Positions 38,301 through 51,000 of a DNA stretch of 64,000 nucleotides are shown piece by piece. The notes beneath the pieces are model-generated. The model ran no database searches and had not been told where the DNA came from. It saw nothing but the letters and a program-made list of their open reading frames with translations. Source of the stretch: Lingula anatina (Eukaryota; Animalia; Brachiopoda). Location: NCBI GenBank assembly GCA_051362555.1, contig CM120641.1, forward strand, positions 37,392,401-37,456,400, read 5' to 3'. How positions within the stretch are numbered: position 1 is the first letter of the stretch; each line of letters opens with the position of its first letter. Both the position numbers and the translations under genes were made by a program.

Positions 38301-41300
38301 TGTGTTAGATGTACCATGTTAAAACATTTATTATTTAAGTATATGTACGAATATCTAAACGAAAGAATATATCTATGTCCTTTGCTTACTGGTTTGTTTT
38401 TTTTATTGACATTGTCTGTTGTCCAATGAAATGTCTGTCTGCGATGGAAACTCTATTTATCCCGATGAAATTTTTTCAAGAGTCTTTTTTAACGTGCCCT
38501 TATTACTCTGTGATTGTCTTGAAAGTCACTGAACCTAATCAAGGTTGTGTTTGCTGATTAATCTTTGTTCCCTAGTTAATCAATAGGGGACTGTTCTCTT
38601 TCTCCTGGGAACCAGAAGTCGATTGTTTGAAAACACCCAGTATTCTTACAATGGGGTTTGTGACTAATGGACTGACTTCTAGACCCATATAAAGCAGCTA
38701 TCAGGGAACCATCTCACTTAAACTTGCCTACTTCCTGTTCGCTCTATATATCTGTACAGCCCTCGCGTTCTTTGGTGTTTGCCTTTTGTGAGTATGCAAA
38801 CGTATTGTATTGTATAGTATAGACCTCAAAGAACCCTAGGAGACTCCATGTTGGAACTTGCCCCCTTTTTTATCCTGTAAGTATTACATAATTTAAAAAC
38901 TAAATTCATTTGACTACATAGTTTTGACCACATCCTTCAATCATTTCCCTTTGAATAATTTACACTTCTACAGCATAGAGTATCATTTGCCTTTGATTTG
39001 AAAAGCTACGCTTTTAGATTGATGCGCGTGTAAATGCCTTAGGCAGGATTAATTTTGCTCGGTGCTATCTGGAACTCATTTTTCATGTTCTAAATGTCGT
39101 TAACAAATAATAAAATGTGACAAATCGCTATGGGTTCTTCTTTCACACACCCAACTGTCACTTTGGGATCAATGATTACCAGATACAACAAATATTGACT
39201 AATGTATCTCGTAAAGCAAATGGTTGTCAAATCGCAGGTCTCGTTACCATGACGTCCCTTACCAAAATCTATGATAAACAAGATATTTATTACTAAAATT
39301 GACTTGAATTCCCATTTCCCAGAATATTTCTATGAGCACCAGGTTCCAATTTCTGAATCTACTTAATGGATATGTGACAAGCTATCACTTTCAATGAGAA
39401 ACTATTTCTATATTAAGACTCTGCCACCCTTAACATCGCTCTTAGTTCAATGAAAAATATATAATTATTTTAAAAGATGGACGTGCTAATACGTCTGACC
39501 TGTTCGAGTCTGAATCGTCTTTGATTTTCATTTTTTTTTCTTTGGAGGGGTGGGATTGTATCGAAATATTAACTTAGATCTACGTAAGTGACCCAGCACA
39601 TTTTAAAATTTGAATTATGATTCATCCAGTTGTAATGTTCCCTCTGCGTCTCTGCTTAACATTTAGCAGATCTAAGTGTCCAGTATGAAAATTAATATTT
39701 TTGCCTTTTGATCCAGCATATTGTTATCAAACCTTGCTTCTTTACGTCCACTCCCCAAATCTGTTTAAGGTTGGTCAATGCAAAAGTCATGGCAAGTGGT
39801 ACAATTGTGATTACGAACTGAAAGAAAAGTGACTTACGTATCTGCTCCAGCAATTGGTCGTCAGAACTTGGTTCTTTTCGTCCAAATCTAAAATCTGTAT
39901 GAGGGCTATACCAAAGCTGACTCGAATGGTGTCGTTAAAGTTTTCGACCGGTCGACCGACCACACCAACATCGTTGTACTGTTTTAGTAGGTGGCTGATA
40001 AGGCGTTTTTCGTCCGAAACTGCTATACTTCCTGAAAGCAAAATGGCCGTGTAAACGTTAATTATATTCTTCATTAATGCATTATCTGGCATACACTTAA
40101 AAAGTTTGAGTTTAGGTAACGAAAACATTAGAGCAACCAAGAAATTTTACATACCTAACGCCTCTAAAAGAAAATTACCATCTTGAAGTGCTGTATTTTA
40201 TTTAATTAATTAATTAATAATGTTATAAGATTATACATAAACATGTCGCTACTTTTCTAAGTAAGTATTTATCAAAGTAGAATTTAATTTGAATGTTTTT
40301 CGCTTGGATAAAAACGTAAAAAGACAGCTGTCAATATGGCATGTTACAAACTATTCACCAATATTGGAACAAAAGCAAATTTCCAACAATTAAACCATTG
40401 AACCAAATGTGCATCCCTTAGATACATTAATAACTGGAAATGGTATGTTTAAGGTGTCTGGCATATGTCACTTGCGTCGCAGACAAATTAAAACAGACCC
40501 CGTGGAGTCAGACGTAAGTTTTAACTTACATTTTGTTATTTTAAAAAACGCCACCATTACACCTGGTTTCAGACACTATCGACCAGTTGCGATGTATGTC
40601 CATTGTATATATCTTAATCGTATACACACTGCAGGTGTAGGCAATGTGAGCAACCATCCAACCATATATCACGTACATTTCATTGTAAAAAAACAACAAA
40701 AATTAACTTATATATGTTTGCATGTACATAATACGAGGTACCGATGACTTTAGAAGCCATATGGAAGAGATGTATGGTGATCATTACACGTGGATGTCGC
40801 CTGCCACCTGTAAGAATATACCTGACCGCTCGCACACCTGAGCATATTTGGGCCTCTAAGCACCTGTGAATTCGGCTATGTACAAGACTGTATAATGCAT
40901 GCACAATATATTTATAATACGCCTAAAATTTCTGACCACCTGGTCATCCAAGGTTACATGCTGTTGTGTACGTAACAGAGAAAAATATGGTGGAGAAATT
41001 GGTAAAGAGTTATAAATCGCAATTCCTGGAATAGGTTTACTGCATGTACCGGGCTTCTGCACGCGTGAACATTCCCGATCACCAATGTAAAAATTGGAGG
41101 ATAAATATTTCCAGGTGTGAAAAAATAAACACTTACCACCTGAAAATACCTTGTTTTTACATTAAAAGATGGATAATCAATTAAAATATATTTACTTAAA
41201 AGGTCAGTCGGTGGGGGTTTTTTTTGGGTCCTAGGTCTTCCTACTTTATTTTAAGATTTTAAAAGGTTTCGTCCCAGATCAAGATTCGCATTTGAAAAGA

Positions 41301-41474
41301 ATGCATGTCATCAGCATGATAATGGATTGTTATTTAAACCGAATGAAGTAAACTGTGGTTTCAAAATATAGTTTTTTTTATAAAATTCTTAAAATTCTAT
41401 TAAGTGATAGTCGGTGTACGCTAAGAAATGCAATACTGTTTGTGTCATTTCTCAACAAAATCCACTTCCCGTTA

Positions 41475-41534
<60 letters not shown>

Positions 41535-44500
41535 GTGTGTGTTTGTGTGTGTGTGTGTGGGAGGGGGTCTGACACTTGTATACACCATTCTCTTCCCCTG
41601 TCTTCACATACATGTACTTTCAGTAATCAAAGATACAAGCAGCTGTAGCTTCCCCATAAAAACAAAATACACAGGTTACTGATTATATCAACACAACTAG
41701 TCACTAACTCGATTACAGTAATGTACCACAGCGGCATTTCCATCAGCGTTCCACTTACTTAGAAGGTTACCACTAAATACGTCATGTTAACTCGATTTTA
41801 GTATTGAGCTGTTTCAACACAGTTAAAGATGTCATAAGCTAGATCTCTGTATTATAGTGCATTTACTAGATATATTTATTTTCACATTGGTTACCAGTTT
41901 CAAAGTACATGTAGCTTGAATGCTAAGAACACCATATAGTATTGCTTAAACTACCACAAACAGTCACAGTTAGGGTTTCCCTCATACTGCTTTAGAGCAC
42001 AGCTAGACTACAACATTTAATTGATCACATGTGGGAAATACACATTACGATATGGATTTTCATATTTGTAGATGCCGATTAATTAACCGTCATGGTGAGT
42101 GACCAAGGAAAACCCCCATGGTAGTATCTTTAATAAATAGAGCATAGAACATACCTGTCCGCGGTTAATCAATGAATTATGTAAAACATCATTCTGGGCA
42201 TGACTTTTATATAAAGCCAGGGCAGTTGTTCGCGTATGTTTGGCTGTCGTTTTATCAAAAGAACTCACGAATGTGTAGTAATATTTCCAGTCAAGGACCT
42301 ACCTGAAAGAAATGTAAGGCAAAAAAGTGGCAACCATGCAGCTGCAAATCGCTGACAAACTCCAACACAAAACGTTTCCGGTGTGCATTACTCGGCTTTG
42401 AGCCATCCCAGACTTTGTGGTAACAGATCCCAGATGCAAAAAAAGAAATCAAAATGTAACAGATATCGTTATTTATTTTTAGTAGGAAGAGAAGCAGTTT
42501 GTTTGACGTCAAAAATCGATCTTTAGCGGGATTCGAAGTGACACACATCAATCACTCGATTTAGTAAATTGTTGGGGTTGTTGTATTACATTACTTTCCC
42601 TATTGTGTGTACGTGTAAGAGAGCTGGATTGGACAACGTGCTCTTGGAAGAATGGGCGTAGAATGTCCAGCTTGATGTGCTAACCATATAAATATTGGTG
42701 ACTTAATAGACCTCTTTTCACAACAAAGGCGCATGCTTCCTGTCAAAGCATTGTCTGGCTATTCTCGTCGTAGGCGATTGATTTCTGTACTTACGTTCAC
42801 ACCAGGTTAAAAGGTGTATAACAAAGATGGCTCAAAATTTGTATGCCTGGCATTGACACGAAAGGAAATTAAGAGGCAACACGTTTTCTGCTTTAATTTT
42901 ACAAGTTGGAATTTCTGTCAGAATGTTGCTATTTCTTCCAGCTCATTGTAGAATAAAACCACGTTCTTATGCAGCAACAGGCATTCACTCTACGTAGCAA
43001 TTAACATCTGTGCGAACGTAGTTCAATTAAATGGCTGAAAGTCTGCAGTCTCAGGTTCAACAATCAAAATCGATAGGATTTAATTAAGATTGCAAATAAA
43101 GGTGTTCGTTGCCTGAGTGGCACGTTGCTTCAGAATCTTCAAATGTTGCGTAACCGTATGCAGTGAACGAAGTTCGACACACCTAAGAAAAGGAGTTGAT
43201 GCCCGGTATGCAGGAGATAACAGGTGTACATCAAACAAAATAAACTTTAATCTATTATTACAGATCGTATCCCAACTGACGCCCAAAACAAGTTTGAACG
43301 CCGTTTATGTGAATAAACAACTCGCTGTGAACGAAAGGTCGAAAAGAGGCCCAATATAAACAGTAACCTTCTTACCACTATGGGAATTTATTTGTTCCTT
43401 GAGCAATGGCTGAATCCCCTAGCATCACCGATAATTTGTAAGTCAATTGATCTGCACATTTTATATGCAGTGCGATAACACAGAATAAAACCTGGAACCT
43501 TCGTTGTTGAGGGTTCACCTCAATAATCTTAGATGCACTTTTTCTTCTAATTTCGCTCACTTCAATTAATACAAAGATGCATTTTGCATGATCTGTACCC
43601 CCCAGTGGATTTGTTTTTTCGCATCAGTCAGCGCAGAAAAGTTCATTGCTTTAAAGCAAGAGGCGTTCTCTAGGGATGAACAATTCCGCTGCACCCCTAG
43701 GCACATAATAGTAATCAACCTTTAAATCAGCTAACACAAGTGTCGTCAACGCTGAGACACGCAATATGCGTTTCCGGGGAAAGAAGCGGGCGGCAGTGTC
43801 AGGAATTCATCCCGCCAACGCAGTATTTATTCCATAAATGTTCGTTTTCTTCCGACACGTAATAAAAATGTTTTGCTCTTTTTTCTTTTGGCACGCTGTC
43901 AGGTCTTTAAAATGACTAAATATGAGGTCACACATGTAGCAGTGAATTTCGGAAATTTCATCACAATGTAAGATGAGATGGTGATGAAGTTTGGTTAAAA
44001 TGTTTACATGTAAGAAGTAGAAAAAGTGTGGTTAGCAGGAAAAACGGATTATGGGTGCCGAATTTATATGGGCTCTGTTATCTTTTTGCATCTTTACAAT
44101 TATTATTGCAAATTAATACATTCATCCATTTATCTTCTTGTTATATTTTTGTGTATGTCTTGGTTGATGTGCTCTTACGCAATACTTCCTCATCTCTTAT
44201 TTCGCATATCCCGATACGTATCTTGATTTTCACCATTGTTTGTATGCAGTGCGACTGCAGCTGTCATATTTAGACACCTTCTGGGCTAAGTATTTGTCAC
44301 GAAATGGTTTTATCAAGGCTTATGTTGTGTAATAGCTGCATGCGTCTCATTTCAACAGATACAACGGTTTCTCTCTTTTCTTAACATGTAGCCACAAGTG
44401 TACCTCTATATTTAATCAAAGTCTTAAATGTTAAGAGTGTGACACAGGAGGTACGCGAAGTGCCGTGTGTGGCATCTTGTAGCAATCAAACTAGAAAATG

Positions 44501-45007
44501 TACACTCATCACCTATATCGACCGTCCTTTACCACATAATAATAGACTAATTGCAGCATCTCTTGTTGAATGAAGTACGACCAATGAAATGCTAATGACA
44601 GAAAGTTTCTCGGATGTCACAACGCCGTGGGTCGATGAGGACGCTACCTTTCTGTATATCCCATCACTTTCAGCAAATAAGGAGTTAGGTAGACAATTCT
44701 GTATCGATTTTCAATCAATCCTCTATGAAAACCCTGCCCAACACAAATGCCGATTTCACGTGTAAAAAAAAAATTAAATGCGAAACCGATAGAAAGTAAT
44801 GACCGATAGAAATGAAGATTTTAATTGTAGTTTCTTTCGTTATGCAGTTGTCCGTATCCATATCTGAATAGCTCATAACAAGTTCCAAATCGATGTCATT
44901 GTTTACTAATAACGTAAAACTTAGTAGAAAAAACGCGTATTACTATACTTACCAATTAAAAGCCATGGTAAAATCATTTTAAGCATGGACTTTCCCCAGT
45001 GAACCAT
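29317..45007 (-). CDS. Nicotinic acetylcholine receptor alpha subunit, anion-selective (PAK) type
   Basis: Exons: 44953-45007 ([18 protein letters not shown], tentative), 42303-42341 (tentative), 39838-40031 ([17 protein letters not shown]), 34028-34137 (WKPDIVLYN), 33315-33766 (Cys-loop [21 protein letters not shown], vicinal YPCC, M1, ESPAKMQL), 32163-32246 or 31387-31473 (M2), 30161-30279 (M3), 29317-29766 (MA, M4, stop). All GT-AG and phase-consistent. Confidence 0.93.
29845..29930. repeat. (TACA)n/(CA)n microsatellite in nAChR intron
   Basis: Direct reading. Confidence 0.9.
31387..31473 (-). CDS. nAChR alternative M2 exon B (87 nt): [29 protein letters not shown]
   Basis: ttttccag|GA ATG ... 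ATA G|gtacga, phase 1-1, intact. Confidence 0.9.
31902..31922 (-). promoter_or_regulatory. Putative editing-site complementary sequence (ECS) for the S-P-A-K-M-Q-L codons
   Basis: Pre-mRNA AACUGCAUUCUUCGUCGGGGG pairs with exonic UCUCCAGCAAAAAUGCAGUU (33336-33317); all non-Watson-Crick positions are G:U, A:C or one bulged C. Confidence 0.55.
31940..32071 (-). other. Long intronic hairpin between the two M2 exons
   Basis: gacaagctcttccatggc (31940-31957) pairs with gccatggatgagctgtc (32055-32071); continues through 31958-31970/32042-32053 and cctgacgc/gcgtcagg. Confidence 0.7.
32163..32246 (-). CDS. nAChR alternative M2 exon A (84 nt): [28 protein letters not shown]
   Basis: tttcag|GC ATG ... 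ATA G|gtaata, phase 1-1, intact. Confidence 0.88.
32869..32890 (-). promoter_or_regulatory. Putative docking site for mutually exclusive splicing of the M2 exons
   Basis: Pre-mRNA CUAAUUGAAGCAGUGGACUGAG is complementary to 32392-32408 (upstream of exon A) and to 31568-31583 (upstream of exon B) over a shared 9-nt core. Confidence 0.55.
34347..34627. mobile_element. Degenerate copy of the MITE family at 60962-61202
   Basis: Shared cagt.g.ggatt.a.agggggg.gtcagg, gaaattagaattttg, aaac.gtaccaaa.ggcac, cccccttcaaataatcctg. Confidence 0.7.
37320..37454. mobile_element. Short MITE
   Basis: TIRs taccctctaccaggg / ccctggtagagggta. Confidence 0.7.
41477..41558. repeat. (TA)n followed by (TG)n microsatellite
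   Basis: Direct reading. Confidence 0.95.
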
Positions 45008-48000
45008 TTTCCCGCGAGAAATAGTCTCCTACTCTCTGAAACCATGTCCGAGCCACAAGTAACGCCCTTTCGGAGTCAATTTTGCATCCCCGTAGAGTAA
45101 AGCCGTACTATGCCCCTTCCGAGCTGTTAACGGTGAATCCTAATGCGCTGGGATTGGAATCGTGCACATGACGTAAAAAGGCTAAGTCGGAGGCTATACT
45201 GCGATTTCTACGTCACAGCCGCCAGTGCTTCTTCAGGTGGAAAACACCCGCTCGATTTTAATCTGGTTAAAACAATCATTAACAATATTGGCTGAATGGT
45301 TTATATTTAGAATAAATATGTGGAGGGCCTCAGTCTGTTTTATCATCAAATAACCCAGGATTGTTTCGATATTTTGAAATGGATGTCATTAATCCGTCGT
45401 AATTTCTGTTGCAAACAGACACGAGCACGTTTGGCACTGGCAATGTGCAGATTATATTGCTATTTTGTATTAATCATAATTTTGCATGCACTGACACTAC
45501 CGAACTTATAATCAAGTATGATTGAGTTTGCAATAAAGCGACTATTGCCCGGAAATAGAGTTGAGATCAAAGCTTTGTCTAAGTAGAAAGCTTAGGGAAA
45601 ATAAAAAAAAGAGCTTGACAATTAAAGCATATTATGTTAAAGAACAAGACTTGAAGTCTAAGACTAGTCGTTACAAAGTCTAGATTTCCCGACGAATGGG
45701 CAATTTGTATACGAACTTCGCGCGATTAATACAGTGGAAAAAGCCCATTAATTTTCTATACACATTAGATGCTAGTTTCTTACTTATTCTATATGAACTG
45801 ACATTCTACGCGAAAGTTTAAATTTCGCCGTTTTTGTAAACCTTCGAGTTTTGAGCCGGCCTTGTATGTCAGCCACAAATTTACATTTTATAAGTATTTA
45901 TATCCTGATATAAGTAAGTATATATATATATATATATCCTTATATCCTGATATGTCTTCTTCCAATAACTTGTTGGGAACTGGAGACAAAACACACTACT
46001 TGTCTAAAATATATATCACCAACGTTTTCAAAATATGGTTATAAGTCATTAGGCAATTAGGATCTTGTTACATGATTATTTGGAAAAGATACTCAATCCG
46101 TTATTTGTTATATTTTCAAACAAGAGTTCGTCTGATTTAGCCAGTTTCCTTTAAATATCTATGCATACATATACATGTATAAAACATAAATATTGAAAAC
46201 CGCTCTTATTTTGTTTGTGTTCCTTAAACGCTCTTGTTGCGTAATCTGCTTGAGTCGAAACTTAACTGATCACTGTCTTTTGTACCTAATTGCATTCCAC
46301 TTTTGTTTAAGTAGGAAAAAAATACGAATGGCCATGGCCGAGGAGGCATTTTTTTCCGTTTACACAGAAGAGTAAATAATTATGCTATTTATAGCAAAAC
46401 ACACATTGCATTTTTTTTTTTTTTTTTGCATTCAATTCTCTTGGTAGTTAAGTAGGATAAAGAGAGGTTTCTGCAAAACATAAGAGCCTTAAAGGTACTT
46501 TGTTAGGAATAGTGCATACGTCAAGTGATGCCCCGCAGGGTTTAACATGAAAATAATCATTTAAGTTTATCAATTGATAACGGAGCAGGAATTGTTGGCC
46601 GGATTGAATCATATCGAACTATTCAAATAAAATACTTAAATTTAAAATGTATAACAACGACCAAGGGCTAGAGATGGAAATATTCATCACACCCATTCCT
46701 TAGGATTGACTTTGGGATAGAAATCTGAATAATTAATCCTCCTTTTCTCTGTCTGCCAAGTTTTAACCTAATCCTAGGTAAGTATGCCCTGAGATTTTTA
46801 GATAAAGTAAGCGATTTATTGTGTCTAAAGATAAAAAAAGTTACAAGTGCTTAGCACATTTTAACTTGAAGATGTACTGTTCAAAACATAAAAAAGGTGT
46901 AAGATTTAACACACACCGGTCTACGAACTCGTACAGATAGACGCCTCGGTACTCAAAGATGGTCACAGATTTAAGTCAAGCCGTCTAAAATTTAAAAAAA
47001 ATCGCTGATGGTTTTGAAATGAATTGTTTTAAATTATTCACTTTTGAACCAATAATCTTGGTCTCTATTAGTGGTAGTAGTATTGTGCAAGGTTTGAAAC
47101 CAATTATGAATCTCTGTTTCGAGCCTGAAATAAGTATGGCAGAATACCATAAAGTAAAATGTACACATATCAGACGTATAAGTCATTCAAATAGGTTTTC
47201 CAGACAAAGAAACCCAAGAATATTAGCAGTGTAATTGACTTTGCAATCAAAATACCACATGTTGTGTATCACGCTATGTTTAAGTTCTCGTAACTCAAAA
47301 TGTGTATGAATTAGAATCATATAGACCCTACTATATTGGCCGCCAATCGGATGCCTTTGGTATAATGGCGCAAATGCAATAAATCGTGACAGCAATGTGG
47401 TAAAGTAAAATAATTAAAAATGAAAGTTAATGAGAAACCAATTGTCGTTTGTTAAACAGTTCTTCAAAGAAACCACGCCGTTAAGTGATACACGTTTGCT
47501 GCAAAATCATACTCGCCGTTCAAGCAAAATGGAATCTTCCTAAAATGAGGCCTACGACACTACGTGACGTCATACAAGACTAGAAAACGTGTAAGAATCA
47601 GCGTGAGGTGGGGTTAACTTTTTGGCGCTAATGATGGAACTCAGTGTGCCTGGAATGTCTTCTTAGCAACCAGTACAAAGGTGACAGTACCGAGAGTTCG
47701 AGCTCTCGGGTGATTTTTTGTCACACACCCACTGTACCAACAATTGCTTCTTATCACAGCTCATAAATCATCATGCAATTCCGTTTTGGTACATTCAACT
47801 CGTAATATCGAAAAAAATATGACAAACTAAATTTACCTCTGGGTGCACATGGGTGATTACTTCGGAGTTTAATAAGCCGTGCAATCGTCAAATTATCATT
47901 TTGTTCACGATTAAAAAACTCACACAAGATGCAGTAATTGTGCTAATGTTTACTGTTGTCTAAATCATTGGACACATTTGTTTAGGAATATTGTGTATGA

Positions 48001-51000
48001 ACCACTGCTCTTCAAAGCATATTGTTTTAAGACTACTCGTTACTCTGTAATAAAGCATATACAAGTTTTGATGAACAGAACTAGGAAAGGGATTCACGTT
48101 AGAAATGACGTCATCATCTTTTTACAACCATTATTTGTATTGCTTGTCTTAAGATCATTGATGTTTCTTATCTTGTTTTCCTCCCCCTGTCAAAAACCGT
48201 ACTCCACTACTACAGAATTGATCGGGGTCTAGAGCATCATGATCAAATGATTGATTAGAATCTATGCTTTTTTTCTCAGCTTCTTCAGCAGTCAGCGACT
48301 ATTAGGAAACGACACATAAGGACAGGCAGATAAGGACAGACAATATGGTTATGTTGGTCAACGAGCGCGACCGACTCTTATTTTGAAGAAATCTGTTTGT
48401 TAAGCACTTATTTTTTTCAAATGGATACTTTGCATCGGGCATTAGTTTGATCAATCCTTAAATTTTACTGCTATGCCCAATAAACATCATATGTTTAAAG
48501 ATTAAAATAAAGTTCGTCTACCGACCCTGTTTACAGAGGCTCGCCGGTCGTCAACTAACTTAATTATTTTGGTTTGGCTTAAAGTTGTGATATATAAAAC
48601 ATTGCACGTACAAATAAAAGCAAAACCATGGAAAGGTTAGTATCTCTGGATTAACATTGCGCTTCAATGAATACCAAGTGAGTAAAATGCTGTGAGTGAC
48701 CGGTGGCAAAACTGGAAAGCTGCATGCTTTCGAATGCATCTTCACACAACCCTCTGGTATCACAATGGCCTCCAGAAAAGTTACCAAAATTAAAGACACC
48801 AGCCTGAAGATAAAATAATCTGTAAAAGACTACTAGCGGCCCCTGGTGTCACAGAGTATCTTAACACTTTTTCCGTTGTGTCTGTACAGTATGTCATGTG
48901 ACCATACTAGTATGATGACGTGACAAGTTGTACGGCGGGTGCTCATGAAATATGATTGCTTATCATAAACGTCAAACCTGTTGCATATTCTTTACCAGAA
49001 ACCAACCTTACCACCAAACCCTAAGAGCTCCCAAGATAAAACACATGAACAGGTTGCAGACATCCAAACTGCAGATCAGTTTAATGCTTGCCTATCATTA
49101 AAATGTTACCATTGGTTTGCCTTTGGCAATCAAATCTTCACTTAGTTGTTCAAAAACAAAGTATGTATTCGCGTCACATTCCACCCAGGCACCACATAAT
49201 AAAATACGCTTTGCCAGACATGACGCTCTTTTACTTGGACGTTAAGTTAAACTACTTCGGAGCATCTGTCCCGATTCTGAGGCAAAGCTACCCGAGGATG
49301 ACAAAATGGCTGGATCTATTACTCACGTTTGCCAATCTCAAAATAGACATTTTTTTTTCAGGCGTTTGATGAATTTCGTTATTTATGACCGCATTAATCA
49401 TTCACTGGAACATATCCATGCAGGATCAATATGTGCCCGAAACGGCAGATAAACACGGTGATAATTCATTGCATGGTGGAATTCATTTAGAACTGTCTTT
49501 TCTTCCTGTCTCTGCGAAGATTTAATAGGCAACCAAGTTGCACAGTCATATCATAAGTTAAGAAGCAATTATTATTTTTCACATACCTAAGTTGATATCT
49601 TTCGACAATTGTAAATGTTTTTCGCAAGCAAATTATAATAAGACCGACTAGTGTCTCGCAATTTGATCTGTAATCGCTATAGAAAAATATGCTTCCCGCA
49701 AGAGAGTTGCCTCTAATTTTCTTGATGATAGATCTATGTCAAAACAATTGCACAAAAAGAACTTTTCTTCTCTACATTCACCGCAAGCGATGTTAATATG
49801 TTCCCATGTGAACATATATTTCACCAATACCTTCGCAAATCTTTTAAAATTGCTACGTAGGACGTCTAACTGTAAAGTACTGAGCGGACTTTGTGTCCTA
49901 TTTGCATTCACGTACAGTTGTTTAAAACAGTAAACTTGGATGAAAACAAATTAAGTTAGGCCTACACACATGGTTTATTATCTGATGGTGGCTGTTTCTT
50001 TTTCTTGCAGGTCTTTTTTTTTTTCGTAACTTCACAAAAACGGTTCTGAATGCCAATAGATTCGACCACCGCAGTTAAATTACCCTGTGACTCAGAAGGC
50101 GGACAACGAATCTTCCTTTGTGCATGTACCTTTACTATTCTCGCCCTAGTGATACAGATAAAGATGCATCATTGGGTTCCCATACTCAGCACCGAAGACT
50201 TACGGCGTCGAGTCCATGATAACACCAAAACTTCGTTATTAACCTATGTGGAAAAGGTTACGTTAAGTGAAACTGATGATCACAATGTATTAAAGGTCTC
50301 GAGATAAAATATAGGAATTCTAGAACCATGGCCATTAGTGCAGATTGGACTTTTGAAAAAGATCAAACCTGATCAAACCCATGATTAAATTTCTTGAAAG
50401 ACCCCAATACATCAAAGACGAAGGGTCTTAATGTAACGTTTAATGCTTCCTCGGTCACTTTTTGGAGGACAGAGGCATGATAGATGGACATAAAGAGTGC
50501 TTCGGTAGCGAGATATCCCACCTCTAAATTGTATAGAAAACGAAGTGATTGATGCCCACTATAAGCAATATATCATCTGATGTTGGTCGTGATAAATGCT
50601 CAAATATGAAGAGTACAGAACAATGGGTACCAAAATGAACATTTGGCATCAGAACGTTGATTAGAATACACGATGTATGGATCGTCAACTTCGAAAGCCC
50701 CCCCCTCTCAATGGCGAGAAAGTGAGCGTCGTTGACAGAACGAAGTGATGAGTCCAGTAAAAATCTCATGCCATGCAAATATAACCAAGAATGCCTAAAG
50801 TTACGATTTGATATCACATATATATACACATAGTGCAGTTCTTAAGCCAATAAATGTATTTTCGAGTGGTCATTGCATAGTATTTTGTTCATAAAATTGA
50901 ATGCTACCGATTACGAGTCCACCCTTGGGCTACATGAACATGTTATTCATTCCTTGGGCTTATATATTATTTCAGAAGCTGCAAAACTTCAGCTGTGCAA

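Noticed and set aside
34138-39837. Additional alternative ligand-binding exons in the 5.7-kb nAChR intron
   Set aside because: No paralogous W..D..L.W or loop-D exon found by eye; a tBLASTn of the neighbouring exons would be needed to exclude one fully.
41355-41682. ORFs with YIYIYI/CVCVCV runs
   Set aside because: Translations of (TA)n/(TG)n microsatellites.
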